From Candidatus Omnitrophota bacterium (GTDB lineage Bacteria > Omnitrophota > Gorgyraeia > Zapsychrales > Zapsychraceae), in the NCBI GenBank assembly GCA_050250375.1, contig JBFWOS010000001.1:894361-958360 (forward strand): a stretch of 64,000 nucleotides of DNA, given 5' to 3'. The position numbers and the translations under genes were made by a program. Every line of letters begins with the position of its first letter. The first letter of the stretch is position 1. Shown here one piece after another: positions 48,485 to 57,681 of the stretch. Under the pieces are notes generated by a model. That model was given only the letters and a program-made list of their open reading frames with translations, was not told the origin of the DNA and made no database searches.

Positions 48485-50172
48485 TCTGATTCTCCGGTCG
48501 ACACATCGCAGATGATCTCAAACTGGGCCAAATTGATATCATCCGTGTCTTTCTTCGCTTCAACCAGCCCGACATTCGGGCAAATCCCGTCCTGCAGATT
48601 CCGCATGAACTCAGACAACGCGGCCCCGCTGTCCTGCCCTTCTTCCGGCGTAATATATCCTTTCAGCCTGACCTGATGATCGGCCATACTCATCTGATGC
48701 AAATACATCCGGGGCAAAACCTGATGGCTTAACCCTCTTAAGAATGCTCCCCAGGATGGACGCTGGGCCAGGTGCTTGGAAAAAATCAGTTCTTCCTTGA
48801 ACCTCTTCATTTCCGGAACAAGGCGCTGATAGTCCCTTGTTACGGTCATATGGTTTTTTCTGGATTTATTTAACCGCCATGAAACGTTCACCAGCATAAA
48901 AATGACTAAAGAAAAAACACACAGCACGCTGACCGCCGTGAATATTTTTCCCGGCAGGCCCCCTTGCGTCTGGCGTGCCTTGTTCGGAAGAAAATTGATG
49001 TCATCCGGACCATGCAGGACAGCGCCAATCGCGAGGTCTAACCGGTGCGAAGGGCTTTTTTTAATATCTGACGTGATCCCTGACAGACCGGGCACATTGT
49101 CGACGATTTCCTCTACACGGATGTCAACATCCAGCTCCTGGGATAAATGCTGTTCAAGGCCTTTCATCCGGGCCAGTCCGCCCCGCAGGATTACTTTATG
49201 GATTCGTTCTCCCCGCTCCCCCTGATAAAATTCGAGCGAGCGGTCAATTTCATTCACCAGCAATTCAAGTTTAGGCCGCATCATGGATAACAGCTGGTTC
49301 GGCGTAATTCTCTCTTCGGCCCAGGAAACCTGGCCGACCTCGGGGATGCCATATTTAATTTTCATCTGTTCGGCTTCCCCAAACGTCAACTCCACCTTGC
49401 CCTTGGGGGTAACCAGGGCTTTGGTCAGACTGAGCGTGATATCGTTTCCGCAGAAAGGAAGCTTGCGGGAAAATTCAATCTTTCCATTTTTATAAACGTT
49501 AAACTCCGTGATCGTCCGTTCCATTTCAATAACGGCAAAAATTCCGGCGGAGGCACCGACGGAATTCATAAATATATTTTCCAGGGCTAATGAAGAAGGA
49601 ATAACCGCTGTCAACCGGCAGTCCGCCAAATAACCGCGATGACCGTCAGAGGAATTAAAAAAGGCGTTAATCAGGTTAATATTTTCCCGGGTGGTCGTGG
49701 CCGCTAATACATTGAGCTTGAGGTGTTCTCCATCCATACTCTTATCCAGGACTTTATAATCCATCACGGCTTCATCAAGAGAAAACGGAAACTGGTTCTT
49801 GGCCCCCCAACGGACCGCCTGGGCCAGTTCTTCTTCCGGCATGACCGGCAGGCGAATCTTGGCCACGGATGTCCTCGGGCAATTGACCACACAGATCACA
49901 TCCGCATTTTTCTCCGTGACGCCTTTAAAAACTTCTTTCAGTCCTTTTATGACATTGACTTTATAATCGATCTTTTCGATGTCCGTCATCTCTGCGCACG
50001 CGCTATAAACCAAATGCAGATTGTCTTTTTCTGAAACAAACTGGACCAGCTTGATTGAACCGGATCCGATGCTGACACCGATCAATGACCGGTTCTTTTT
50101 ATTTATAAATTTTCTCTTTTCCATCTCTTTAACCTTGTAACTCTTTCCAGGAGCCGCCCACCGAACTGACAA
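48481..50172 (-). CDS. PilM-PilN fusion (GspL-like) assembly protein
   Basis: N-terminal actin-like PilM domain (IGVSIGSGSIKLV), a mid-protein TM helix (IFTAVSVLCVFSLVIFMLV) and a PilN-like periplasmic tail. Confidence 0.7.
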   Translation of the reverse strand: MSVRWAAPGKSYKVKEMEKRKFINKKNRSLIGVSIGSGSIKLVQFVSEKDNLHLVYSACAEMTDIEKIDYKVNVIKGLKEVFKGVTEKNADVICVVNCPRTSVAKIRLPVMPEEELAQAVRWGAKNQFPFSLDEAVMDYKVLDKSMDGEHLKLNVLAATTTRENINLINAFFNSSDGHRGYLADCRLTAVIPSSLALENIFMNSVGASAGIFAVIEMERTITEFNVYKNGKIEFSRKLPFCGNDITLSLTKALVTPKGKVELTFGEAEQMKIKYGIPEVGQVSWAEERITPNQLLSMMRPKLELLVNEIDRSLEFYQGERGERIHKVILRGGLARMKGLEQHLSQELDVDIRVEEIVDNVPGLSGITSDIKKSPSHRLDLAIGAVLHGPDDINFLPNKARQTQGGLPGKIFTAVSVLCVFSLVIFMLVNVSWRLNKSRKNHMTVTRDYQRLVPEMKRFKEELIFSKHLAQRPSWGAFLRGLSHQVLPRMYLHQMSMADHQVRLKGYITPEEGQDSGAALSEFMRNLQDGICPNVGLVEAKKDTDDINLAQFEIICDVSTGESE

Positions 50173-50602
50173 TATTAGGCGGTCCCGCCGTCAGCGAAAC
50201 TTCCTGCTGAATTTCTCTTTCGGAATTATGGCTTACTCCTCTGGCCGTGATCAGAATATTTGCCCCTGAAGTTTCAACCCAGACCGTGTACCGGCCGTCT
50301 CCCAGTGTTTCTTCTTGAGGATCGTTCGAACCGGGCCCGGGATCAGCCGGATAAGCCGACGTCCGCCAGCTCCCGTCCGTCGAACCGTCGGGGGCCGTTG
50401 TTTGCAGGTACCAGACCGCCTTATTCAGCCCGGCCTCGGCAAAATAAAATGCCCTGACCGTATCTGTCTGGGCATCCAGCAATTTTGTATTGCTCATCAC
50501 CAGGCTTATATAAGCCGAAGCGACCACCGTCAGAAAAACCATAAAAATCAGCGTCAGCAGCATGGTTGCCGCCCGCTTGCGTGATAGTCTGTATAATTTC
50601 AT
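50129..50602 (-). CDS. PilX/GspK-like minor pilin
   Basis: Hydrophobic N-terminal helix followed by the AEAGL motif of PilX_N. Confidence 0.55.
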   Translation of the reverse strand: MKLYRLSRKRAATMLLTLIFMVFLTVVASAYISLVMSNTKLLDAQTDTVRAFYFAEAGLNKAVWYLQTTAPDGSTDGSWRTSAYPADPGPGSNDPQEETLGDGRYTVWVETSGANILITARGVSHNSEREIQQEVSLTAGPPNIVSSVGGSWKELQG

Positions 50603-51117
50603 TATAAATTTCTCGGCCTCACATTAGTCCGCATTCTTACCGTTGAGTCATTCCGGCTTAAGGTCCAATCCAAAGTAATTAAATTATTGTTCCGGTCAAA
50701 AGGAAAATTAACCGGAGATATTAAATTTCTGACAAGGACTTTTCCGGCCCCGTAACTGAGATCTCCCTCGGCAAACTTAATCTGATAATTGTCTTCTGAA
50801 TAAGGTGGATTTGGTTCAGGGTCGTCCGGGCTGTACAGATAAACCCTGAAATTCACATCGCCGCTTCCCATGTCCGCGGTAAAGGAAAGGCTGCTTTCTG
50901 AAATATCATCAATGCTCTTTGCCTGGACAAGATAACGCGTAACCTGATCAATCGCCTGGGCCGCGTCTGTCCTGTTTGAAATCCGGTCGTAACCGTTTTC
51001 AAAGATACTTGTTCCGGTCGTATAAATCAAACCGATCGTAAAAATCAGAACCCCGGTAACCAGGACGCTCATGATCAGCTCGGTAATCGTAAATCCATGC
51101 TGGGTCGATATCCTCAT
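50602..51117 (-). CDS. minor (pseudo)pilin with class III signal peptide
   Basis: MRISTQHG|FTITELIMSVLV, a prepilin cleavage and methylation motif. Confidence 0.75.
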   Translation of the reverse strand: MRISTQHGFTITELIMSVLVTGVLIFTIGLIYTTGTSIFENGYDRISNRTDAAQAIDQVTRYLVQAKSIDDISESSLSFTADMGSGDVNFRVYLYSPDDPEPNPPYSEDNYQIKFAEGDLSYGAGKVLVRNLISPVNFPFDRNNNLITLDWTLSRNDSTVRMRTNVRPRNL

Positions 51118-51138
51118 AACTTTCCTCGCCGGGGCTAT

Positions 51139-51522
51139 TTAATAATCATAATCCGCCAACAACGTGACCAGTTCTACATTATGATCGACCCCTTTATCTG
51201 TCCAGTACACCTTCACATTAACCTGCTTGGGATCACCGGCAACGGTCACTTCCCGGTCAAAATCGCTAAAATCGCCCCCTACATTGGTCCGGGCCGCAGA
51301 CATTGAATCAATATCCGCATATGATCCCGCATCCTTGATTTCCTCCATCGCTTCCTGACCTAAACTGATGGCTATCGCCGTATATTCATTGTCTGAATCC
51401 AGCGTCGTTGTCATGCTGAACAGACTGAACACGGCGGTCACTCCGGTTGCCAACAGAACCATCGTGATCATCGCCTCCAGGAGGGTGAAACCTTTTCGGT
51501 CACTACGACTCAATCTGTTCAT
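51139..51522 (-). CDS. minor (pseudo)pilin
   Basis: Internal start MNRLSRSDRKG|FTLLEAMITMVLL, a prepilin motif. The ORF track extends to 51579. Confidence 0.7.
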   Translation of the reverse strand: MNRLSRSDRKGFTLLEAMITMVLLATGVTAVFSLFSMTTTLDSDNEYTAIAISLGQEAMEEIKDAGSYADIDSMSAARTNVGGDFSDFDREVTVAGDPKQVNVKVYWTDKGVDHNVELVTLLADYDY

Positions 51523-51544
51523 CGGATCAAAACACTTTCCTGTC

Positions 51545-51994
51545 TTACCATCCCAATCCATTGGTGACAAAAGGATCATCGGCCTGATCCCCTAATAGCT
51601 GGCCCGTTTCGTCTTCGATACCCGTGATGTCATAGACCCGGTTGACCCCGGCGCTGAATATGACATAAAATTGTTCGTCATCCGACAAAATGTAGTTGTA
51701 CTCCTGCTGCGGTAAAAACGGATCATAAAGGATTTCGTTAACGATCTTCGGAGTCGCGTCCAGAAGCTGGTCCGCGATGACTGAATCCGAAGTGTTCGGG
51801 TACTCTTTGGGAACCTGGTTCACATAAAAAGATTCAATCGCGGCCTGGACTGTCCTGAGTTCCATCTGGGCCTTTGAAACATTGGCCTGGTCCTGCATCC
51901 CCTTAAACCTTGGAATCGCAATCCCGATTAAAATGGAAATGACAACCATGACCACCATAAGTTCAATCAGCGTAAAACCTTTTTTGTTCTTCAT
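51545..51994 (-). CDS. major pilin / GspG-like pseudopilin
   Basis: MKNKKG|FTLIELMVVMVVISILIGIAIP, the canonical type IV pilin N-terminus. Confidence 0.8.
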   Translation of the reverse strand: MKNKKGFTLIELMVVMVVISILIGIAIPRFKGMQDQANVSKAQMELRTVQAAIESFYVNQVPKEYPNTSDSVIADQLLDATPKIVNEILYDPFLPQQEYNYILSDDEQFYVIFSAGVNRVYDITGIEDETGQLLGDQADDPFVTNGLGW

Positions 51995-52024
51995 ACTTCC
52001 CCCCGGATTTTGTTAATAAACATT

Positions 52025-53239
52025 TTATCTTTGTATCGTCTTGACCATATCAAACAAGGGCAGCAACATTGATGCCATAATAAAACCGGCAAGGCCGCCC
52101 ATAATAATGATGAGAACCGGCTCTATCAGCGTCAGCAGCCGCCGGATCGAATGTTCAATCGATTTATCGTAAAAATCAGCGATCTTGTCCAGCATGTCAT
52201 GCAGCCGGCCGGTCTGTTCTCCGACGGCGATCATCTGGGTGACATCCGGCGGGAACCGTCCGCTTTTAACCAACGGTTCTGTGACCGTGGCCCCTTCTTC
52301 TACACTTTTGCGGGTGTCGTTCACCACTTTGGCCATGACGACATTCCCGATGGTGTCCCGCGTGATGCTGAGCGCATAAAGCATTGAAACCCCGCTTTTC
52401 AAAAGCGTGGCCAGCGTACGGCAAAAGCGGGCGATCACCGTCTTGTAAATAAGATCACCGATGACGGGAATTCTAAGCTTGAGATCGTCAAATTGCGCTC
52501 TTCCTTGTTTCGTTTCGATATAAAATTTGACCAGCCCGACAACAAAAGAGACCACCAAAATCAAAAGAAACCAATACTTCCGAATTCCCACCCCGAGAGA
52601 ATGCAGGATGAGTGTGGGTAAAGGTATAGTTACATCAGCCCTTGTGAATATTTCCATAAACTTTGGTATTACAAAACTTATGATAATTATTATGACCGCA
52701 ATGCTGACAAAAAGCAATATGGACGGATAAAATATTGCATTCTTTATTTTTTGCCGGATGTCCTCTTCGTGTTCGATATAAATCGCGTAACGATTGAGGG
52801 TCGGGCTTAATGTCCCGCTGACCTCGCCGCTTTTAACCATATTAATGAACAGAGCGGAAAAAACCCGCGGAAACTTCGCCATGGATTCCGATAAAGAGGT
52901 CCCCGACGCAATCAATTCACTGACATCATGGATTACTTTCTTGAAACCGGTATTTTTAATCTGCCGGTTCAACGTCTTCAGGCTGGTCAATATCGGCACT
53001 CCCGCTTCCAGCATATTCGCCAGCTGGATGCTGAAAAATATCATCTCCAGGGTTTTGACCTTTTTTACAACCCCGCCGGGATTGACGGCACCGTTTCCAT
53101 TCTCGGCCTCCTGAATAAACGTCGGGACATATCCCATGGTGTGTAATCGTTTGGCCAGGGCATCCTGCGTAGGGGCTTCCATCGTTCCCCGGATCAGGTT
53201 TCCGTTATCTTCTCTCGCTTTATAAAGGTATGTGGGCAT
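52025..53239 (-). CDS. GspF/PilC platform protein
   Basis: Two T2SSF-type repeats and three TM helices. Confidence 0.9.
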   Translation of the reverse strand: MPTYLYKAREDNGNLIRGTMEAPTQDALAKRLHTMGYVPTFIQEAENGNGAVNPGGVVKKVKTLEMIFFSIQLANMLEAGVPILTSLKTLNRQIKNTGFKKVIHDVSELIASGTSLSESMAKFPRVFSALFINMVKSGEVSGTLSPTLNRYAIYIEHEEDIRQKIKNAIFYPSILLFVSIAVIIIIISFVIPKFMEIFTRADVTIPLPTLILHSLGVGIRKYWFLLILVVSFVVGLVKFYIETKQGRAQFDDLKLRIPVIGDLIYKTVIARFCRTLATLLKSGVSMLYALSITRDTIGNVVMAKVVNDTRKSVEEGATVTEPLVKSGRFPPDVTQMIAVGEQTGRLHDMLDKIADFYDKSIEHSIRRLLTLIEPVLIIIMGGLAGFIMASMLLPLFDMVKTIQR

Positions 53240-53242
53240 GTC

Positions 53243-54859
53243 TTATGCTTCCTCTTGCGTAACCCGCAAAATTTCTTCTCGGGTCGTGATTCCCTGGTCG
53301 ACTTTTTTCATCCCGTCTTCACGCAGCGTAATCATCCCGGAATTAACCGCTTCCTGATTTATATCTTCCGATGAGGCCTTCTTGATGATTAACTGACGCA
53401 ACGGATCAGTAACGCGCATCAGCTCATAAATGCCTGTCCTGGTTTTATAACCGGATTGATGACATTTGGGACATCCCTTTCCGGAACAATCCTGACAAAT
53501 CCGGCGGACCAGCCGCTGGGCGAGCACGCCCGTCAGCGATGATGAAATCAAAAAAGGCTCAATGCCCATATCGATCAACCGGGCAACGGCCCCGGCCGCG
53601 TTATTGGTATGCAGGGTGGCCAAAACCAGATGTCCGGTCAGCGCCGCCTGCACGGCAATCTCGGCCGTTTCCAGATCCCTAATTTCCCCGACCATGATGA
53701 TGTCCGGATCCTGCCTGAGGATAGAACGCAGGCCGGTGGCGAATGTCAGGTCAACGCTCGGGTTGATCTGGATCTGACGGATTCCCTTTAATCTATATTC
53801 GACCGGGTCTTCAATGGTGACAATATTTTTCTCCGGGGTATTGATCTCGTTCAATGAGGCGTACAAAGTCGTCGTTTTACCGCTTCCCGTCGGACCGGTG
53901 ACCAGGATAATCCCGTTTGGCTGGTACAATAATTTAATATATTTTTCGAGAACCTCTTTCTGAAATCCGGTCTCTTTTAAATGTAAAAGCATGCTCCCCT
54001 GATCGAGAAGACGCATCACGATATTTTCCCCGTAAATGGTCGGCATGCAGGAAACACGGATATCAATCTGACGGCGCCCTATCTGTAACTGGAAACGGCC
54101 GTCCTGGGGTTTACGCCTCTCGGCAATATTCATATTAGACAAAATTTTTATGCGGGAAATAATCGCCGACTGCAGGTGCCGGGGAAAATCACTCTGTTCA
54201 CTTAAAACACCGTCGACCCGATAACGGACTTTCAGGGCGTCTTCATCCGGCTCAATATGGATATCCGACACCCCTTCGGAAACAGCCTGCATAATGGTCA
54301 TGTTGACCAGTTTAATCACCGGCGGTTCTTCACCGATATTTTTAAGCTGGTCCGCTTCCAAGTCGTCCTCTCTGAACAAGGGCTTTTGCTCTTCCAGACT
54401 CCGGATGACTTCCTGCATCGTGCCTTTCACCGTATAATGTTCATCAATCGCCTTTTGAATCTCTTTCTCCGTCGCGATGGCCTGTTCCACCGTCAGCCCG
54501 GTCCTGAGCATGACCTCATCAAGGGCCAATAGATTAAAAACATCCGCCATCACGCAGGTCAGCGTACTGCCGATTTTTAAAACCGGGATGATCTGGTGTT
54601 TCCGGGCCAGATCTTCCGGGACGAGTTCGATCAGTTTCGGATCGATCAAGTGGCTGTTAAGATCAATCCGCGGAATGCTCATTTGTTCCGCCAGAAAATT
54701 CACCATATCCTCTTCTGACACAAACCCCGTCTTGATCAGCGATTTACGGACCGATTCACCGGACTTCACGGCACTCTGGACCTTCATCCATTGATCATCC
54801 GTGATGATGTTATGCTCCAGGAGCATTTCCCCGAGCGATTTTTTAATTTTTCTGGACAC
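53243..54859 (-). CDS. GspE/PilB/MshE-type assembly ATPase with an MshEN-like N-terminal domain
   Basis: Walker A GPTGSGKTTTL and the tetracysteine motif CQDCSGKGCPKC. The N-terminal 150 aa carries two LGxxLxxxG(I/V)(I/V)...Q-like motifs (SLGEMLLEHNIITDDQ; SLIKTGFVSEED). Confidence 0.9.
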   Translation of the reverse strand: MSRKIKKSLGEMLLEHNIITDDQWMKVQSAVKSGESVRKSLIKTGFVSEEDMVNFLAEQMSIPRIDLNSHLIDPKLIELVPEDLARKHQIIPVLKIGSTLTCVMADVFNLLALDEVMLRTGLTVEQAIATEKEIQKAIDEHYTVKGTMQEVIRSLEEQKPLFREDDLEADQLKNIGEEPPVIKLVNMTIMQAVSEGVSDIHIEPDEDALKVRYRVDGVLSEQSDFPRHLQSAIISRIKILSNMNIAERRKPQDGRFQLQIGRRQIDIRVSCMPTIYGENIVMRLLDQGSMLLHLKETGFQKEVLEKYIKLLYQPNGIILVTGPTGSGKTTTLYASLNEINTPEKNIVTIEDPVEYRLKGIRQIQINPSVDLTFATGLRSILRQDPDIIMVGEIRDLETAEIAVQAALTGHLVLATLHTNNAAGAVARLIDMGIEPFLISSSLTGVLAQRLVRRICQDCSGKGCPKCHQSGYKTRTGIYELMRVTDPLRQLIIKKASSEDINQEAVNSGMITLREDGMKKVDQGITTREEILRVTQEEA

Positions 54860-54874
54860 GGTTCACCCTTTGTT

Positions 54875-55249
54875 TCAATTCTTTACGGTTAACCCTTTGA
54901 TTTTTTCCAACAGATCTTCAAAATCGATGAGCTTGTTCACGTAATCATCAAATCCCACTTCCCTGGCCATGGTTGTATCGATCTCGTCCTGTGAACGGGC
55001 CGTAAACATGACAATGGGAATTTTCTGAAACCGGCTGTCCGCCTTCAGCAGGGCGCACACCTTGAACCCGTTCATCTTCGGCATCATCTCATCCATGATA
55101 ATAATATCGGGAACCACTTCTTTCGCTTTGGTCAATCCTTCCTGCCCGTCGAAAGCAAGGGACACATCAAATCCGGCCTTCTGAAACCTGATGGCCAGCG
55201 TCTCGGAAATATCGCTCTCATCATCGACAATCAAAATTTTTTGGGGCAT
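54875..55249 (-). CDS. single-domain response regulator (CheY-like)
   Basis: ILIVDDE...IIIMDEMMPKMNG...FTAR...NK receiver motifs. Confidence 0.85.
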   Translation of the reverse strand: MPQKILIVDDESDISETLAIRFQKAGFDVSLAFDGQEGLTKAKEVVPDIIIMDEMMPKMNGFKVCALLKADSRFQKIPIVMFTARSQDEIDTTMAREVGFDDYVNKLIDFEDLLEKIKGLTVKN

Positions 55250-55271
55250 GTTTGGCTCCTGTATTTTATAA

Positions 55272-56105
55272 TCATTGTCCGTCCGGCTTCCCGGAATTAT
55301 TATTTTGCCGGTCTTTATTTTTATCTTTCTCCCGTTTCAACAACATGGTCACTTCTTCCAGCAATAACTTTGGGTCATTGGCGTTGATATATCCGTCCGC
55401 CTGGGTTTTATTTTGTATCTTCTCAAAAATGGGAATATTTTCGGCCTCTCCGTTTGGAAAATATAAGAAAAACTTTACAAACTTCAACCGCGGCATTTTC
55501 TTTAACTTAAGGATGACTTCATCCCCGCCCAAATCAGGCAGGGTCATCTTGACAACAACGGCATCGGGTAAGTTGGTCATCACCTTTTCAATGGCCTTCC
55601 CTCCGTTCGGCGCCAATGAAACAATGTGTCCGTCGTTCAGGAAAGCCATGCTGATCTGGCCCCCGGACAACGGATCGTCTTCAACTATCAATATATTGTG
55701 CGGGGGTATCGTTTCTTTCTTAAACTCATCAAAATCTTTGTTCGTAATGACCTTGATTTCCCTCAACAACTCGTCAAATTCATATGGTTTGTTCATAAAT
55801 CCGTCAACGTATAGCTGCCGGAATAACCCTTCCATATTCGCCCTGGCCGTCAGGACTAAAATCGGATATTTTGGTTTGTCATTGGCCTCCAAGATCTTTT
55901 CGTAAAATTCGATCCCGCCCATGACCGGCATGTTAATATCCAAGATGATCAAATCGGGGATAAAATGCTCCAATTTTTCTAATCCTTCCAGCCCGTTACA
56001 AGCCGTCTCCACGCTGTATCCGGCTTTCCTGATTCTGTAAGCCGCCATCTCGGTCAGATCGGCCTCATCATCAATGATTAATATTTTCTTTTGGGGGTCA
56101 CTCAT
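55272..56105 (-). CDS. tandem REC - degenerate REC protein
   Basis: The first REC is canonical (ILIIDDE...LIILDINMP...LTAR...NKP). In the second the phospho-acceptor Asp is replaced (VVVKMTLPD). Confidence 0.75.
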   Translation of the reverse strand: MSDPQKKILIIDDEADLTEMAAYRIRKAGYSVETACNGLEGLEKLEHFIPDLIILDINMPVMGGIEFYEKILEANDKPKYPILVLTARANMEGLFRQLYVDGFMNKPYEFDELLREIKVITNKDFDEFKKETIPPHNILIVEDDPLSGGQISMAFLNDGHIVSLAPNGGKAIEKVMTNLPDAVVVKMTLPDLGGDEVILKLKKMPRLKFVKFFLYFPNGEAENIPIFEKIQNKTQADGYINANDPKLLLEEVTMLLKREKDKNKDRQNNNSGKPDGQ

Positions 56106-56126
56106 TGTTCATTACTCCCTGGACAA

Positions 56127-56516
56127 TTAAATCTGAAATAATTTTTCCGTCGCCGATTTCACTCTTTTCAACAAATCTTCCAGTTCAAAAGGTTTGGTAA
56201 TATATCCTTCAATGCTCAGTCCGCTTAAGACATTATCCAGGTAAGCCCTGGCCGTCAGAATCAGCACTGGAAATTTTGGTTTTTTGTTTTCATCCAGGAT
56301 ATGCTGATAAAATTCCAGGCCGCCCATGACCGGCATATTCAAATCCAGAATGATCAGGTGCGGCGTAAATGTCTGCAGTTTATCCAAACCCTCCTGGCCG
56401 TTTGAGGCCAGTTCAACCTTGAAGCCTTTGGCCTTAAGCTGGTACGCCGTCATTTCCGCCAAATCAATCTCATCGTCAATGAGCAAAATATTGATTTCTT
56501 TATCATTTTGTGTCAT
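56127..56516 (-). CDS. single-domain response regulator (CheY-like)
   Basis: Start at an internal ATG (MTQNDKEINILLIDDE). It shares a 14-nt overlap with the upstream hybrid kinase and is paralogous to REC1 of 55272-56105. Confidence 0.8.
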   Translation of the reverse strand: MTQNDKEINILLIDDEIDLAEMTAYQLKAKGFKVELASNGQEGLDKLQTFTPHLIILDLNMPVMGGLEFYQHILDENKKPKFPVLILTARAYLDNVLSGLSIEGYITKPFELEDLLKRVKSATEKLFQI

Positions 56517-57681
56517 GCGTAGTTCCCCCATTGCTGCCTGAGATCGGCACCCAAAAACAGAACCGGCTGCCCTTGGTGATTTCCGACTCAACCCAGATCT
56601 TTCCTTTATGCTGGTGGATGATCTCTTTGCAGATGGCCAGTCCCAGGCCCGTTCCGCCCTTCTCGCATTTCGCGGCATCTTCCAGCTGCTGGAATTTTTC
56701 AAAAAGTTTGGGGATATCCGATTTCTCAATACCCGGTCCTGTGTCTTCAACAATGACTTCCAGTTTATGGTCATGATTAACCGCCCGGATGACAATCCCT
56801 CCTGTTTTTGTAAACTTGATGGCGTTGTTCACGAGATTATTTAAGACCTGGCTGATACGGTCTGTATCAAAAACCGCTTCCGGCACATTCGGGTCTATCT
56901 CTGACTTCAAGAATAAATTTTCTTTCTGGGCGGCGGGGCTGTTCACCTGAATGACTTCCTGGACCAATTTATTCACGTCGTTTGGCTGCGGTTTCATTTC
57001 AATCCGGCCTGATTCCAGTTTGGACAGGTCGAGGATATCATTGATCAGCCGCTTTAACCGGTCAACATTGACTTTGGCTTTGTTTAAAAAATTATTCTGG
57101 TCCGCGCTTAAGGTCCCGGACGTTTCGCTCATGACGATATCAATCGCGGCCTTGATGGAGGCCAAGGGTGTACGCAGCTCATGCGAAACAACGGAAGTGA
57201 ATTCACGCTGTTTCTCAAACATGGCGGATAACTTCATGTTTAACCCTTCGAGCTCTTTATTCTTTTTCTCGGTGATTTCAATCAGGTCTTTATTTTCGAT
57301 CATCAAATTATAATGATTGATCGCTTCCTGGACAGATGTCTTGAGGTCAGGACCGTTCCAGGGCTTGTTGATAAAACGATAGACTTCCCCGATATTGATC
57401 GCGTCCTCGGCCGCCTGAAGATCGGTGTATCCGGTAAATAAGATGCGCATAATGTCCGGATTTTTCGCTTTGACCTTCGTCAAAAACTCGACACCGGTTA
57501 TATGCGGCATCCGCTGGTCGCTGATCACGACTTTGATTTTTTCCCGGCCAATGATATCCAGGGCTTCCTCAGCGTTTGTTGTCACGACGACCCCGTAAGA
57601 TTCGCTGATAAAAAGCCGTTTCAGCGAATTCAATATGTTTTCTTCATCATCCAGAAACAAGACATTTATTTCTTTACTCAT
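56503..57681 (-). CDS. REC-HisKA-HATPase hybrid (response-regulator histidine kinase), paralogue 1
   Basis: N-terminal REC (VLFLDDE...VVISDQRMP...FTGY), H-box VSHELRTPLASIKAA, and a G-box/HATPase_c region. Confidence 0.85.
   Translation of the reverse strand: MSKEINVLFLDDEENILNSLKRLFISESYGVVVTTNAEEALDIIGREKIKVVISDQRMPHITGVEFLTKVKAKNPDIMRILFTGYTDLQAAEDAINIGEVYRFINKPWNGPDLKTSVQEAINHYNLMIENKDLIEITEKKNKELEGLNMKLSAMFEKQREFTSVVSHELRTPLASIKAAIDIVMSETSGTLSADQNNFLNKAKVNVDRLKRLINDILDLSKLESGRIEMKPQPNDVNKLVQEVIQVNSPAAQKENLFLKSEIDPNVPEAVFDTDRISQVLNNLVNNAIKFTKTGGIVIRAVNHDHKLEVIVEDTGPGIEKSDIPKLFEKFQQLEDAAKCEKGGTGLGLAICKEIIHQHKGKIWVESEITKGSRFCFWVPISGSNGGTTHDTK

Noticed and set aside
55252-55905. 217-aa plus-strand ORF
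   Set aside because: It lies entirely inside, and antisense to, the REC-pseudoREC gene, which has canonical receiver motifs. Its sequence is low-complexity and Ser/Phe-rich.
56503-56516. 14-nt kinase/regulator gene overlaps at 382-395 and 56503-56516 considered as a possible repeat or mobile-element signature
   Set aside because: They are ordinary translational-coupling overlaps between kinase and regulator genes, with no sequence identity between the two sites.
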